Shown one piece after another: positions 25,270-39,899 of a stretch of DNA of 64,000 nucleotides (positions are counted from its first letter, which is position 1; every line of letters begins with the position of its first letter). Both the position numbers and the translations under genes were made by a program. This DNA comes from Camelus dromedarius (taxonomy: Eukaryota): assembly GCF_036321535.1 (NCBI RefSeq), contig NC_087436.1:24864001-24928000 (forward strand), read 5' to 3'. Below the pieces are notes generated by a model. That model worked only from the letters and a program-made list of their open reading frames with translations. It made no database searches and had not been told where the DNA came from.

Positions 25270-25560
25270 GCTTCTCAGTCTCCTCTGCTGATTCCATACC
25301 TTTTCCCCAGTCCTTTAATGTTGGTGCACCCCAGGTCTTAGCGGTTAACCCTTTCTCTACCCACAACTCACTCCCTTGACCATCTCATTGAACGCCAGCA
25401 TTTTAAATACCATCACTATTCCAATAACTCTCTATCTCCAGCACAGACCTCTGAGACAGGCTTACATAATCTGGCTGCTGCTACCTTCTCTGTATCTCTT
25501 CCTCCCACTTGTTCATTCACTCTGCTCTAACTACCTGACCTTAAGCTCCCTCTACCTGGC
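25270..25560 (+). mobile_element. L2 fragment
   Basis: 'aatgttggtgcaccccaggtctt...ttttaaataccatc...tctccagcacagacctc'. Confidence 0.6.
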
Positions 25561-26112
25561 ATACTTATCTTCCAAGGCTGTAGGTTTTGGCCAGCAAAGC
25601 CCACTGTGGATGAAAGGATTACTGAAGACTATCAAGTCAAGAGAGGTGAGAGGGAGCTGGAGACCAAGTCTCTGAGACCCCCTTAGACTCTCTTATTTAT
25701 TGAGCACGATCTTCAAACAGAGTGACATATGTCATTGGAATTTGAACAGAGCAAGGCATTAAGTCATAAATCTTAAGCAATTTAAATAAAAGGTTAAACT
25801 GTTCTAGGTTAAGATCTGTTAAGAGATAATGAAAGGACTGGGAAGTGTAGGAATCTCATGAATCAAAGATTCATGTCATAGATAAGTGAAGCATGCTCTG
25901 CGGTCTTCTGCTGCGCAATGCGGCCCTACAACTTACTAACCCATGACTGTGCTCCCACACAAGGCTTTCATTCCTTATAGGTTTTAGCTCTGCTTTTACT
26001 TTCTTATATTTCCTTGATGATCTATATAAAATTGAAGTCTACCCCTTACCCTGAATTCCTTAGTCCTTTGGCTACTTTATTTCCTCAAAGTCATTGATCA
26101 CTCTGATACACT

Positions 26113-27170
26113 AGTACATTAGCCCCCAAAAAGAGAGTTGGGCTGTCCTTTGAAGCCAGGCATTGACTTCTCCTCTCTAGCTATGGGAGTCCTAGAAGGC
26201 ATATTCAGCCAAAAGAAGGCTGTTTTGTCTCCATTGAAAATTTGTTGTTTGATGTAGCCATCTTCATTATATCTCAGTTAGATTTCCTGGATAACTTGCT
26301 GCAGTTTCTACATTGGCCATTGCTACTTCACCTGGTACTTTGATGTTACAGAAAAGGTTTCTTTCCTTAAGCCTCATGAACCAGCCTCTGCTAGCTTCAG
26401 GCTTTTCTTCTACAGCTTCCTCAGCTGTCTCAGCCTTCATAGAACTGAAGAGAGTCAGAGTCAGGGCCTTGTTCTGGGTGAGGCTTTGGCTGAAGGGGAT
26501 GAGGTGGCTGGTTTGATCTTCTATCCAGACCACTCAAACTTTCTCCATTTCAGCAAAAGGCTGTTTCACTTTCTTATCATTCACATGTTCACTGGAGTAG
26601 CACTTTTAATTTCCTTCAAGAACTTTTCCTTTGCATTCACAACTTGGCTAACTATTTGGTACAAGAGGCCTAGCTTTCAGCCTGTCTCACCTTTTCAACA
26701 TGCCTTCCTCATTAAGCTTCATCATTTCTAGCTTTTGATTTAGAGTGAGAGATGTGTGACTGCTTCTTTCACTTGAACACTTAGAGGCCCTTGTAGGGTT
26801 ATTAATTGGCCTCATTTCAATATTGTTGTGACTCAGGGAGTAGGGAGAGAGATGGGGGAGTGGCCAGTTGGTGGAGCTGTCAGAACATACGCAGTATTTA
26901 TTGATTAAGTTCGCTGTCTTATATGATTACAATAGTAACATCAAAGATCACCAATCACAGATCACTGTAAGAAATAGAATAATAATGAAACAGTTTGAAA
27001 TATTGCAAAAGTCAACAGTATGTGAATAGGGACACAAAGTGAACAAAAGATGTTGGTAAAAATGATGTCAAAAGACTTGCTCAACACAGGATTGCAACAA
27101 ACCAATTTGTAAAAAGTGCAATATCTGTGAAATACAGTAAAGCAAAGCACAGTGAGACAGGCTATACCTG
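26113..27170 (-). mobile_element. Tigger1 (TcMar-Tigger) 5' part with decayed transposase
   Basis: TIR-like CAGGTATAGCC at 27170; ORF 26267-26533 '[40 protein letters not shown]' matches the Tigger1 CENP-B-type HTH region. Confidence 0.92.
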
Positions 27171-28145
27171 TTACCTGACAGAATACCTGAAAACAAATTA
27201 CAAAACAAAAATTATTGAAGTGAAAAAGCCATGTTGCAATGGAAACAACAATAGTCTAAAATCACAATACTAAGTTAAACAAAGCTTAGCAATTTGTTTG
27301 TTAGATATGGTGAGAAAGGTGAAGTAAAATCAATCTGAAGATTTTATTAGGTTGGGAGAGTGGAGAAGGCAAGCTATCCTAAAGGTCTGATCTAATTGGG
27401 TTAGGGTCAGGAGCAAATGAGACATAGAACATCTCATTGGTGGAAATAATTGGCATATTGTGAGTTTCAAGAAGGAAAGTTGTCACTAGCAGAAGTAAAG
27501 AGTACAGTAAAATGTCTAAATAAAAAGAAGAAAAATCAGTGAATACTGACTTCATTAAATTAGCCCAAAATCAGAAAGGAAAGAAACAACAAAATTAAAT
27601 GATACTAAATGTTAGGGGCAAAAATAAAACCTAGTAAATTAAATGTGAATAGGCTGTCAAAGATAGTTGTATCAGGTAAAAAAACAAAATCCAAAAATGT
27701 ATTATTTACAAGAAACATTTAAAGCAGGATGATAGAAAAGATGTTTAAAAACATAAATCGGGTTAAAGAAAAAGCAAACAGAAAGCACTAGTGGCAGTGT
27801 TAATATTAGACCATAGTTAATCAAACTAAAGTTAAAAACACTTAAACAAGACAAAAAACATTAACAGTATAAATAGGAATATGGATTATGTAATTATGGG
27901 AAGCAAAATTTATGAGTAAATTATAAATCAGGCTGTACTAAATAAACATCAGAATATTAAAATAAGTAATGCAAAAAAAAAAAACTTAGAAATACAAGGA
28001 AAACCTGATAAGCATTCAAGTATAATGGGAAATTTCCATACACATCATCCAAATGGGCTGAATCTAGCACCCCAAAGTAAGCAAGAATATATAAAATAGA
28101 AATAATATAACCAATACATATGATTTTACCTTTTACCCCTATTTC

Positions 28146-28537
28146 TCTATATTAAGCAGCAAAGGCTGCCATAACAAAACACCACTGGGTGGCTAAAACA
28201 ACAGAAACTTATTTTCTCATGGTTCTGGAGGCTGGGAATCCAAGATTAAAATGTTGGTGGGTTTGTTTTTTCCAAAGGCCTGTCTCCTTGTTGGAAACGA
28301 CTGCTTTCTTGCTGTGTCCTCACATGGCCTTTTCTCCATTCATGTGGTCTCCTGGTATCTTTGTCTTCTTATGTGGATATGTGAACACTAGTTTTGTTGG
28401 ATCAGGGTCCCATCCTCATGACCTCATTTAACCTTAACTACATCCTTAAGGACCTTTTCTCCAAATACAGTTTCATTGGTGGTTTGGGCTTTAACTTATG
28501 AATTCTAGGGGTGGGGGACAAATTTCAGTCCATAACA
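28146..28537 (-). mobile_element. MaLR solo LTR (MLT1A/B-like)
   Basis: 'ggctgccataacaaaacaccac...ttctcatggttctggaggctggg...atgacctcatttaaccttaac...tcagtccataaca'. Confidence 0.85.
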
Positions 28538-29856
28538 TGCTCAGACTTTAGATCTACATATGGTATATCTACACTTTTATTTTCATGGAATATTTATAAA
28601 AATTGATTTTTTACTTGACCCCCCCCCCCACACAGCCTTTAACCAAGTCAAAGGCAAAAAAATGGAGAGTCAAAATGTTAATGATAATTCAATTAAAAAA
28701 CAAGGTGATGAAAAAGTATCAACTATTTGAAAATTAAGAAATATTCCCATAATTAACTCTGAAATTAAAAAAGAAATTCAAACTGATATAAACTATCTTG
28801 AAATAATAAACAAAAATATTCATATAAAAATCTTTTTTCAGCAAAAGCTACATTAAGAGGAAAATATACAGCATTGAATGTCGTAATTCTTAACACTAAA
28901 AATACAGGAACCTGATACACAGTTTTAGAAATTAGAAAAAGGAGAATAAAATTAACCAAAAGATATTGGAAAGATACATAGTAAAGATAGAAGTTGAAAT
29001 GGATGTAGAAACAACAAACAGAGTTGAAAGGAAAATAAATTCAAGGGCTCGTTCTATGGAAAGACTGATTAAATAGATGAAATCTTCCACAAGTCTGGTG
29101 AAGAGTGAGAGAGAAAATACAAAGTGGATAAAACACAAATGAAGAAGGACTTTAAACATTATAAAGTAATACTTACTGGTGCTCTTTGGTAATAAATTTG
29201 AAAATCTAGATGAAATGGATGGTTTTGATCAAAAGGTACGTTTTATCAACAGAAAAAATGTTTGATTGGACCCATTGTTGTAGAAGGGACTGGAAAAGGC
29301 ATTTAAAGATCGACTATTAAAACAGGCACCCGAGTCCAGATGGTCTCACAGCTGAGTTTCTAGCCAGCCTTTAAAGAACAGATGATTACAGTGTTACTTA
29401 AACTATTCCAGACGTCAGAACGAGACTGAAAGTTCCTCAAATTCTATGGAAACAGATGAACATTAATAGCAAAACTCTCACCAATACAATACAAAAAGAA
29501 CCCCTCCAACCAAAGGCTGTTATCACTGTTGAATATAGATGCAAACATTCTAAATAAAATAAGCAAATTCAATTCAGCAGTATATCAAAATAATATACCC
29601 TCTGACCAATTAGGGTCTATTCCATAATGAAAATATAATCAAATATCAGGAAATCTATCAACATAATCACATCATAGAACATAAACTCTATCAGGTATCA
29701 AAGTGCATGAGGGAAAGAATTTGGCAAGTTTTTTAACTGCTGTATCTGCAGTACCTGGAACAACACTTGTCCTGTGTTGTCTACTCAATAAGTATTTGCT
29801 GATCAAATGGATTATGTTAATTAACTCAAAGGAGAAAGACTATATATAATAATATC

Positions 29857-30081
29857 CAATGGCATGTAGTAACTGTTGAACAAACAACTCTCCACCAAAA
29901 AAAAAAAAAAAATTGCCTTAATTTGTTGCATTGGCTGATTTCCATGGTGCAAGTACTTCCATTGTGGCCATTTTAAAACACTTCAGCCCTTAGCCAATGT
30001 GACACCACTGAATGGAGTTGAGAAAGGATTTGCACAGTTGGATCTCCTCAGCCTAGGTGAGCTAGCTCAGGCCCACCACTG
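29857..30081. mobile_element. MER63A-like hAT MITE
   Basis: CAATGG...CCACTG termini; 'gatttccatggtgcaagtacttccattgtggcc', 'cactgaatggagttgagaa'. Confidence 0.7.
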
Positions 30082-32119
30082 ATGACATGGATTGATGCTC
30101 AAAGGGCATTTGGATAGTGGGCAGCCACTCTTAAACAAGTAATAGATGGCTTTTACTTAAATGTGATAAGTTATGTTTGCTAAAACCTCCAAATAAATAC
30201 AATTTAATTATGGAACCACTGAAACTATTTCAACTAAAATCAAGAGCGAACAGAAATTGCTATTATAGTATTCAACAGTGTTTTGGAGAGACTTGCAAAT
30301 GTGGGAAAATAACAATGTTAAGAAAATGAGTATACATTGGAAAAGAAACGACATCTCTTTGGGCAAACAATATACTAGAGAAATCAAGGTACTCTGTTTT
30401 GGTTTTTGTTTGTTTTAATAAAGTATAAAGGATAACAATAAAAAAAAAAGAAATAAAGCAGAACCAAACCAAACCAAGCACTGTTAGAATTCATAAGAAA
30501 AGCTGGTGAAGTGATTGAATACAAAATAAAAAACTGATACTTCTATATCAGCTCTCCACAACTAGCAATAGAGATGGCAAAAGTAGCCCATTAACAAAGT
30601 CCTTATTTTCTGTTATTGACCATACACACCCTCAGGTATTGATGCTCTTCAAAGGTAGCATCCCAATTTGGACTAATCAAAAGGAAACACATGAAGGATG
30701 ATGTGGAGGTCAAGGATATGTCACTAGGATGAGGGGGACAAGCATGGAGTAAGGATTTTATGACACTGATTACTTGGAAATATAAAAAAATCTGTTTTTT
30801 AAGGTCTCAAAGCAGGGGCAATTTGTTTTGGTCTTTACTGTTATTGCCAAATATTAGGATTATACCTATTTTTTACATACTTGGACTCTTATAATAGTTG
30901 TTATGGTCCTTAAGATTCAGAGTAGCATGAAAAAGACAGGCTGGTCTGGCTCATAGACTCTTAAGAGAGTTTGTTGCCTTCATGATACCTGGTGCAGTAA
31001 GTGAATGTAATATATCATTCTCAGGTGTATCTCAAAGAAGGAAATGTTCACCAAGTTGCCATGCATGTTAATACTTTGATATCTTCTCTGACATTCTGCT
31101 ATTTTACCTCTTGTCATTATCACCTGCCATATGTCAAAATGTTTGGGGGATGGGGAGACACCTTAATATTTATATTGCTGGAGCTTCAGTTTTTCAGATA
31201 ATCTTGGTCTATGATACCTTCAATGAACAAGTCATACATTTCCAGTGATTCTAGATTCCTGGTAACCCCATAACATATTAAGGCTTCGATTGGTTTATTA
31301 AAAGTCCTACATTTCATAGATTTCCTGCCACAAACAGTGGAAATCTTTATCCAGGGAGTAATAAAAATTGTTGAGGTGGGGTGGGTGCTACTGGGACAGT
31401 ATTTTAAGGCACTTGTTTTTGGACTTAGCTGTGTTTTTGAATCACTTGTGGAGGTATGGTTAGAATTAAAATGAACTTAGGACACTGAAAGGAATAAGCT
31501 TTAGCAGTTTGGAAGATCTCCTTATATAGGATGGTTGATCCAAAGTGTATTTACATAGTGAAATAAATCACCATGATTCCCAAGGCTACTGTTCTAACAC
31601 AGTGCTGGGAACGTTCAGTGGGAAATAAAGAGGTGGTTTTACAGCTTGTGGACACACGTCATGAACTCTAGACAAATAATCTTAGTAGTTCCAAATGTGA
31701 ATGTCATCAAGTGTATCTTCATGGAAGAAAAGATTCAGAAATGCTGATATATATAAGACTTTACCAGTATGCCTTTGTGCAGAGAAAATCAGTTGTGCAG
31801 AGAAATGAATATATGGCTCTGAGAATGCTTTTGGCTCGTAGGTGTATCCTAGAATGCTCTATTTTTTGACTTTAAAATTGTTTAGGTATTTGGCTTAGTT
31901 TTACTTGACATGGCTTTCACAGAACATATTATAAATTTAAAAACATCTTAACATGTATGCAGGTAATATTACAATGAAAAGAATGTAAAAAATGGAAACT
32001 GTGTCTGTTCTGATGGGAATGTAGACTAATGCTGTATCCTGGTGAACTATCTAGTAGTAGTTAGAACATTTGAATTCTGCCCTTGATATAGATCCTAAAG
32101 GTCTGCATAGGTCCATAAG

Positions 32120-32217
32120 GAGAGTGACCACACAACCTGATTTTCCTGAACAGGTCCATAATAGTACCCCCATTCATTCTCAGAAGGGGTCTGGCTTGGA
32201 CAACATGGTCCTCTCAC
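32120..32217. mobile_element. MER94-like hAT MITE
   Basis: 'gagagtgaccacac...aatagtacccccattcattctcagaagggg...atggtcctctc'. Confidence 0.55.
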
Positions 32218-32349
32218 CTATAAGTGTCCAGAATGAGGTTGTTCATTGCAGTGTAGGGAGGCTTCTTCATGGAGAGAGGAAGTAGGGAAAACACGATGGA
32301 AATACACAAATTCTAAACAGCAGTCAGAATAAAAAGATTAGATTTTTTT

Positions 32350-34597
32350 TAACGTTTTTTAATTGAGTTTTAGTCATTTTACAATGTTGTGTCAATTTCC
32401 ATTGTAGTGCACAATTTTTCATTTATACATAAACATGTGTATATTCATTGTCACATTTTTTTTTTCACTGTGAGCTACCATAGGATCTTGTATATATTTC
32501 CCTGTGCTATACAGTATAATATTGTTTATCTATTCTACATATGCCTGTCAGTATCTACAAATTTCCCAGTCTGTCCCTTCCCACCCCCCACCCCCTTGGC
32601 AACCACAAGTTTGTATTCTATGTCTATGAGTCTGTTTCTGTTTTGTATTTATGTTCTTTTTCCTTTTCTTTTTTTCTTTTTTTTAGATTCTACATACGAA
32701 CGATCTCATATGGTATTTTTCTTTCTCTTTCTGGCTTACTTCACTTAGAATGACATTCTCCAGGGACATCCATGTTGCTGCAAATGGCGTTGTTGTCAGT
32801 TTTTATGGCTGAGTAGTACTGCATTATATAAATATACCACACTTTCTTTATCCAGTCATCTGTTGATGGACATTTAGGCTGCTTCCATGCTTTGGCTATT
32901 GTAAATAGTGCTGCTATGAACATTGGGGTGCAGGTGTCTTTTTGAAGTAGGGTTCCTTCTGGATATATGCCCAGGAATGGGATTACTGGGTCATATGCTA
33001 AGTCTATTCCTAGTCTTTTGAGGAATCTCCGTACTATTTTCCACAGTGACTGCACCAAACCGCATTCCCATCCGCAGTGTAGGAGGGTTCCCTTTTCTCC
33101 ACAGCCTCTCCAGCATTTGTCATTTGTGGACTTTTGAATGATGGCCATTCTGACTGGTGTGAGGTGATACCTCATCATAGTTTTGATTTGCATTTCTCTG
33201 ATAATTAGTGATATTGAGCATTTTTTCATGTGCCTATTGATCATTTGTATTTCTTCCTTGGAGAATTGCTTGTTTAGGTCTTCTGCCCATTTTTGGATTG
33301 GGTTGTTTGTTTTTTTCTTATTAAGTCGTATGAGCTGCTTATATATTCTGGAGATCAAACCTTCGTTGGTTTCATCATTTGCAAAAATTTTCTCCCATTC
33401 CGTCGGTTGTCATTTTGTTTTGCTTATGGTTTCCTTTGCTGTGCAGAAGCTTGTAAGTTTCATCAGGTCCCATTTGTTTATTCTTGCTTTTATTTCTATT
33501 GCTTGGGTAGACTGCCCTAGGAGAACATTTTTGAGATGTATGTCAGATAATGTTTTGCCTATATTTTCTTCTAGGAGGTTTATTGTATCTTGTCTTATGT
33601 GTAAGTCTTTAATCCATTTTGAGTTTATTTTTGTGTATGGTGTGAGGGAGTGTTCTAGCTTCACTGATTTACATGCTGCTGTCCAGTTTCCCTAACACCA
33701 TTTGCTGAAGAGACTGTTTTTATTCCATTGTATATTCTTGCCTCCTTCATTGAAGATTAGTTGACCAAAAGTTTGTGGGTTCATTTCTAGGTTCTCTATT
33801 CTGTTCCATTGGTCCATGTGTCTGTTTTTGTACCAATACCATGCTGTTTTGATTACTGTAACTCTATGGTATTGTCTGAGGTCTGGGAGAGTTATTCCTC
33901 CAGCCTCTTTCTTTCTCTTCAGTAATGCTTTGGCAATTCTAGGTCTTTTGTGGTTCCATATAAATTTTATTATGATTTGTTCTAGCTCTGTGAAATCTGT
34001 CCTGGGTAATTTGGTAGGGATTGCAGTAAATCTGTAGATTGCCTTGGGCAGTGTGACCATTTTAACAATATTGATTCTTCCAATCCAGAAGCATGGGATA
34101 TCTTTCCATTTTTTTAACCTTCTTTAATTTCCTTAATCAGTGTTTTATAGTTCTCCATGTATAAGTCTTTCACCTCCTTGGTTGGATTTATTCCTAGGTA
34201 TTTTATTACTCTTGGTGCTATTTTAAAGGGGATTGTTTCTTTACTTTCTTTTCCTGTTGATTCATTGTTAGTGTAAAGAAATGCAGCTGATTTTTGTACG
34301 TTAATCTTGTAACCTGCTACCTTGCTGAATTCTTTGATTAGTTCTAGTAGTTTTTGTGTGGACCTTTTAGGGTTTTCTATATATAGTATCATGTCACCTG
34401 CATATAGTGACACTTCTGCCTCTTCTTTTCCAATTTGGATCCCTTTTATTTCTCTCTCTTGCCTGATTGCTGTGACTAGGACTTCCAAGACTATGTTGAA
34501 TAGGGGTGGTGATAGTGGGCAGCCTTATCTTGTCCCAGATTTTAGTGGGAAGCTTTTGAGTTTTTCACCTTTGAGTACTATGCTGGCTGTAGGTTTG

Positions 34598-34635
<38 letters not shown>

Positions 34636-34761
34636 CTTTTATGCTGTTGAGATATGTTCCCTCTATACCCACTTTGGTGAGAGTTTTTATCATAAATAGG
34701 TGTTGAATTTTATCAAATGCTTTTTCTGCATCTTTTGAGATGATCATGTGGTTTTTGTCCT
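32350..34761 (-). mobile_element. Relatively young 5'-truncated L1 (2.4 kb, C-terminal ORF2 and 3'UTR), inactivated
   Basis: ORFs 34114-34488, 33692-34060, 33410-33664 and 32741-33358 are consecutive ORF2 pieces ([29 protein letters not shown] zinc knuckle) broken by stops/frameshifts; TSD ttagattttttt/ttagatgttctt. Confidence 0.97.
34599..34634. repeat. (TA)n microsatellite inside L1 ORF2
   Basis: Perfect TA dinucleotide run. Confidence 0.95.
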
Positions 34762-36263
34762 TTAGATGTTCTTAACATAGCATCATGTTTTTAACATTAA
34801 CCTTAGTCAAAAAGTAAATAGCCAGATGGAAATAGATACTGTTTTATAAAAATAAATGCAAAAAGAGAACAATATGCATGTTGCAAGACCACATGTAAAC
34901 AGAAAGATACACATCAAACACATTACAACTGTTGGTTTAGGGGAGAGAAAGGAATGTGAGTGGGTTATGAGAATTAAAAGGGAATGAAATAAAACAAGGC
35001 AGTGCCTTGTATGGACCAGTGCTAATAACGTGCTGTGAACTGAACTGTATGATTAAGACAACACTCTGTATTTGATGTCCAAAAAAAGTACCCTGTAGTC
35101 TGTAATTATATGATACATGATACAAATATAAAGAATGTATCTTTTAAAATATTTTTTTTACAAGCCAGAATTAAAGCATTATGCGTAACTAACCCAGGTA
35201 TGAGAAATTGGCCGTAACATGAATATTAATGAATCTTTGCCAAAATAGAGGCTTCTGTTTTAAGACTCTCTAATGTGAGAAATTTATAAAGCTATAGGCA
35301 GGGATTGGGGAGGTGGCTGAAGGAATTAGATAACCCCTGGATAGAAAAACTCATTTTAGCTTTTTATCCGCCCTCACAGCCAGCCTCAGAACAGCAGTAA
35401 TTTTCCACAGCCTGTGTAATTATCAATGTAGTCTTTCATTTTCAGTAGGCAGGCATCTTGCACCTCAACTCTTTTAAGAAAATAAATACCTTAAGTTTGA
35501 ATCTCTCCTCTGGAGCCTTGATGATACACTTGGAGGATTTCACAAAGAGAAGCTGTGTTGATCTTCCCTATGGACTCTCCGGGATTCCCCGGCAGGAGGC
35601 CTTGGCTGACAATTCTAGCTAGGTTTGGGGATAACCTAGGCTTGACAGTTGTCACTTGATGAAGCTTGGTAGGTGAGCTCCCCTGCCCTCTGTATGTCCA
35701 TCTGTTTCTGAATGCTTGGCAGGAGAATGTGGCTTTTCTGACAAAGGTCCAGTCTTCCCTACAAAGAATATATGTCCCTGAACCTTCGACTGGAAACTGG
35801 AACCAAGTCTCATTTCTAGTTGGCTCAAGCATGCATTCTCATTCTCATTAATGTAAATAATTGTTCTGATCTTACAAATGAGAGGTTTTTTTCAAACTAA
35901 TATTAAATTTCAGTGTGCCAGTAATTATTGACCTTCAATTGCTACTTTTTACATTTATTTATTTGTTTAAAGTCTAGTTGATTTACAATGGCCATTTATA
36001 AAGATGGCAATGTGACAGATTTTATTTGATTTTTAAGCAAAAACTTGACATTCAGAAATTTTTTAGAGCTAACATTAGCCAGATATTCTTGGTATTGAGA
36101 AAAAAGTTCAGGCTAAGTAATACAAATACCTACAGAAGATATGACTATACTGCTGCCATCTTGGAGCGAGGCCAACAATCCAGTTTTAGACTTTCTATCA
36201 TATAGTGAGATAGATGGTAGTATATTAGAGGTTTGAATTAACTAAGTTTGACAAATTATACAA

Positions 36264-36670
36264 TTAATGGCAACATTTACTGAGCACTAACTATGTGCCA
36301 GGCAGTATATGAAGTGATTTATAATGTATTGTCTCATTTGGTTCTTACTTAATCACACAATGTGAAGGTCATATCAAAATGCTCGTTTTACAAAGGACAA
36401 AACTGAGGTGTAGAGAAGTCAGTGATTAGCCTAAAATCATGTAGCGAGTAAGCCGCAGAGTCAGGATTTGAACTGAAGCCTCTCCAACTCCAACCCCCCC
36501 CCACTCTTTTTTTTTTTTTTTTTTTTTGGAGAGGGGAGGTAATTCAGTATTTATTTATTTGCAGGTGCTGGGGGTTGAACCCAGGACCTCATGCATGCTA
36601 AGCATGTGCTCTACCATTAAGATACATCCTTCCACCCCAACCCCTGTGCTCTTAAATTTTTATGACTGCC
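36264..36670 (-). mobile_element. MIR SINE interrupted by vic-1
   Basis: 'aacatttactgagcactaactatgtgccaggca...ttttacaaaggacaaaactgagg...gcagagtcaggatttgaac'. Confidence 0.85.
36506..36638 (-). mobile_element. vic-1-type camelid tRNA-derived SINE
   Basis: Poly-T, 'ggggaggtaatt..tatttatttattt', B-box complement 'ggggttgaacccaggacctc', 'atgcatgctaagcatgtgctctacc'. Confidence 0.8.
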
Positions 36671-39600
36671 TCTAAACTGAATTGAACAATAAGAATGATT
36701 CTCAAGAGTGCAAATCAGCCAGCAGAAAAGCAAAAAATTAAAATGATTCTTTAAATAAGGAAGCATTTTTGTTGAGATAAATAATTTATTAGGTATGTAT
36801 CATATGACATCTAACTTGTAAATGTAACATCAGTCAACCCATTTAGAGCTGAGTTATATGTTTTATGTGTAGATTGTTTTAGGAATAACACATCTAGGGT
36901 CAAAAAGGTATTGGGAATTCATACTACAAGATCAAATGAACTGTGAGTTAAACCAGATAGCTTATATTTTTCAGTGGCATAAACAATTTGAAATAATGCA
37001 GTGAATATTTTATTTGCCATTTAAATTTATCTCTGATATCTAAATGATGAGTGATTCTGAAATAAAATTTGTGTCCAAATTAATAGTGAATCACCTCGTC
37101 TCCTCCAGAGCTTCCCTAAATTTTGTTTGCTTTTTGATTATGACTGTAGTGAAATCAATTACACCCCTAGTATTCTAAAGTGTACTGTAATTTAATATTA
37201 ATTATGATTTAAATATTTCATTTAGAAAATGCCTTTGTAAATAAACTAGAACATATTCTGGGTTATCTTTATGAATTCATGTGACTTGTGTTTTAATATG
37301 CTTCTTGGAGTGGAAAAGAAATAGGTAAAGTTATAAATAGTCACTCAGAATGGAGCATAACCCTGGAAGACTCCTTTAGAAGTCCTGCTTATGTGTGAGT
37401 GAATGGGTAAAAAATGTTGACTATCAGTTGTTCTAAAGGACTAGTTTTGTCAAATGTGTGTGTCTGTATCTGAATGGGTTGTTAGGTATCTGAGTTATGT
37501 AGAAGATACTTTAAATTTAATGTTTTATTTGGATTATAACCAAAAATTGGTATAAACCTTCTGGACGAACTGTATTTCATACTGCTTCAGTGCTTGTGTG
37601 TATTTATGATTGTTTCATACCATGTAAAGGCTGAACAGTGTCTTAGCACACTGCACACATGGAGGTTTTTCATAGTTGTTTAAATACAGAAAAACAGTGG
37701 ACAAACAGTTATAATATGGCATGTATCACTATAGGCCTGCAAAGCTCAAAATCACCTGTGCCTTAGAAATTAGCGATGTTATGATGTGGGGTGAATGTTT
37801 TGCCTGGATCCCACTTTTGTTCATGCCATTCCACAACAATTTATTAGAAGTTAAGTATAATTGTGTGTGTGTATGTATGTATATGGAACTTTCCTTTCCT
37901 AGTTCCTTCTATAATTGGGCCAGATGCCAATTGCAGATCAGATTCTAATAATGCCAGGAATCTAATCTTGTATTCAAGGAAGCAAGATAACTTTATAGAA
38001 ATACCAAGAGGAACCTCTGTTCTTATTTGCTGATTTGTATATATAAATGTGCAATCTGATTATCCTGAAGTAGAACATAAAGATTTGAGGTTATTAATAA
38101 CCTTTTGGGGAAAACACCTATATAAAAGTCATCTGTCACTTTTATCATCATTGAAGTTAAATTGTAGATACAATAAATGGGAACTAGATCTAAAATATAT
38201 CTTTCTCATTAAAGCTGCTGTTTAGTTTCCTGTTCAGTTTCAACAAAATAACATCATTTGGTATTAATGTAATTTTTATATTGAATAAGAACACTAAGTA
38301 TACATGTGTACATTTTATTCATATTTAATTTTCAGTATACATATTAAATTGGTATTGGAATAAAATAAAGTTCATATTGTGAGACCCTTTTCCTTTGAAA
38401 GAAACATTCACTAACCAACGAATATGCCCATTAAAATACTGTTATTCAGACAATAAATATATAAGCCTTTTTAGCTATAGAATTTAGTTGTCTAATTATA
38501 TAAGTCATTCAAACTCAGTTGTATAAAAATCTCGAGGGACAGAGTTTACAGAAATTTTTTTTAGCCTTTCACAAAGCATCTACATCTAATATGCATGTAT
38601 TAGTGTTTACGTGTATATAAGGAGCTAACAAATTTGCAGTTTTGAAAAATTTTGTCTAGCAAAAATCTGAAAGCAGTCATAGTGCACAATCAATAGATAA
38701 TGCCTTTGAATCTCCGTAGCATTTCAGTTGGATTTTTTACCCCAATTTTATTTTATTCAGTAAGAGCTGCTTCATGATCTGCTGTTTCCTAAAACGGAGC
38801 TCCTGAAACCCATCTCCAGTCATGCTGTGATTTTTTTCATTTCAGATCTAGGCTACCTTTTGACTTCTTTATATAAAGGCATGAGAGGAGAGTGATGGAC
38901 ATAGGGATTCAATGGTGATTATACGTAATTCTTTGCTTAATCTGCTTTGCAACTTGAAACTACTTTGCAGCTCGATGTATTGTCTCCTCTTCTATAGGTA
39001 TATATCTAATCTAGGGATAAAAATTGAGAAATAAATGAGGTAAAAATAAAGCATTGTTCAAAGGAGCTTTTTTTTTTTTTACTGCCTTGGAGTTTGGGAA
39101 TGATTGCTCTCTACATTGGCATTTGAGAGAAAAATTTGGCTATTATGGTTTTTCTTGTTATTTTTATTAAGTGAATGAAAAAGGATGGTAGCACTGGGGT
39201 GTTGGAACAGCAAAGTGAGGGGCCCCCAAGGACCTTGATACCCATTTTTGAAGTTCAATTCCAGTCACTGAGATTAGGGCAGCCCTTCCAAAATGAGGGT
39301 CACCAATGCATTTGTGATTTAGACTATTTGTCTGGATGCTGTCAGGGAAACAATTGGCTATTATTGAACAGAGCTGCTGATTTTCTCTTTGCACCATTTT
39401 TTTCCCTTTTGTTTTGGTCGTTTCTGAATGGTGAAGTCTGACAGCAAGTGAAAAAAAATGCTAGTTACATGGAAGAGAGAGGAACATGGAGACGGAAAGG
39501 GAACAGATAAAAAGAGATGAGAGAGAGAACAAGACAGCTTTTCAATTTCATATGGCACTATTTTTGTCTTGAGTAACTTAGTTTAATTGAAATTTTATTT

Positions 39601-39899
39601 ATGGAGCATGTACTATGTAACGAGCATTGTTCATTGATGTGGGGGTACAAATAGGATGGGATGAAAATCTGTGTCATCAAGGAGCTCGTTCTCCAGTGTG
39701 GGAGGTTGAAGGGAGGAATGGAATCACCATTTTCCCAAGAGTTGGCCTCATCCGCAGCCTCTCCAAAGGGTTAGCCCTCACCCTGTCCCTGGTACCTGGC
39801 CCTGGCCATCGTTGGTTGGTTGTGAATAGACACAGAGCGCAGAGGAAGCCAGTCTATTGACTAAGCAGTGACTAAAGATTCACCATGAATGAGTGAGCC

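Larger units (their letters stand above)
27560..30600 (+). mobile_element. Highly decayed ancient L1M ORF2 region, split by later insertions
   Basis: EN-like 'aaatgtgaataggct...tttacaagaaaca'; RT-like 'ccagatggtctcacagctgagtt...tgaatatagatgcaaacattctaaataaaat'. Confidence 0.7.

Noticed and set aside
26267..26533. ORF resembling TIGD1
   Set aside because: It lies in a truncated Tigger1 copy with a TIR, stops and frameshifts, so it is a transposon fossil, not the domesticated gene.
32741..34488. Longest ORFs in the window (up to 205 aa) as a functional gene
   Set aside because: They are fragments of a 5'-truncated L1 ORF2 split by stops and frameshifts; the plus-strand ORFs over them are antisense shadows.
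36545..36638. tRNA gene
   Set aside because: It has a B-box, but also an AT-rich tail and poly-A, and sits inside a MIR, so it is a tRNA-derived SINE.
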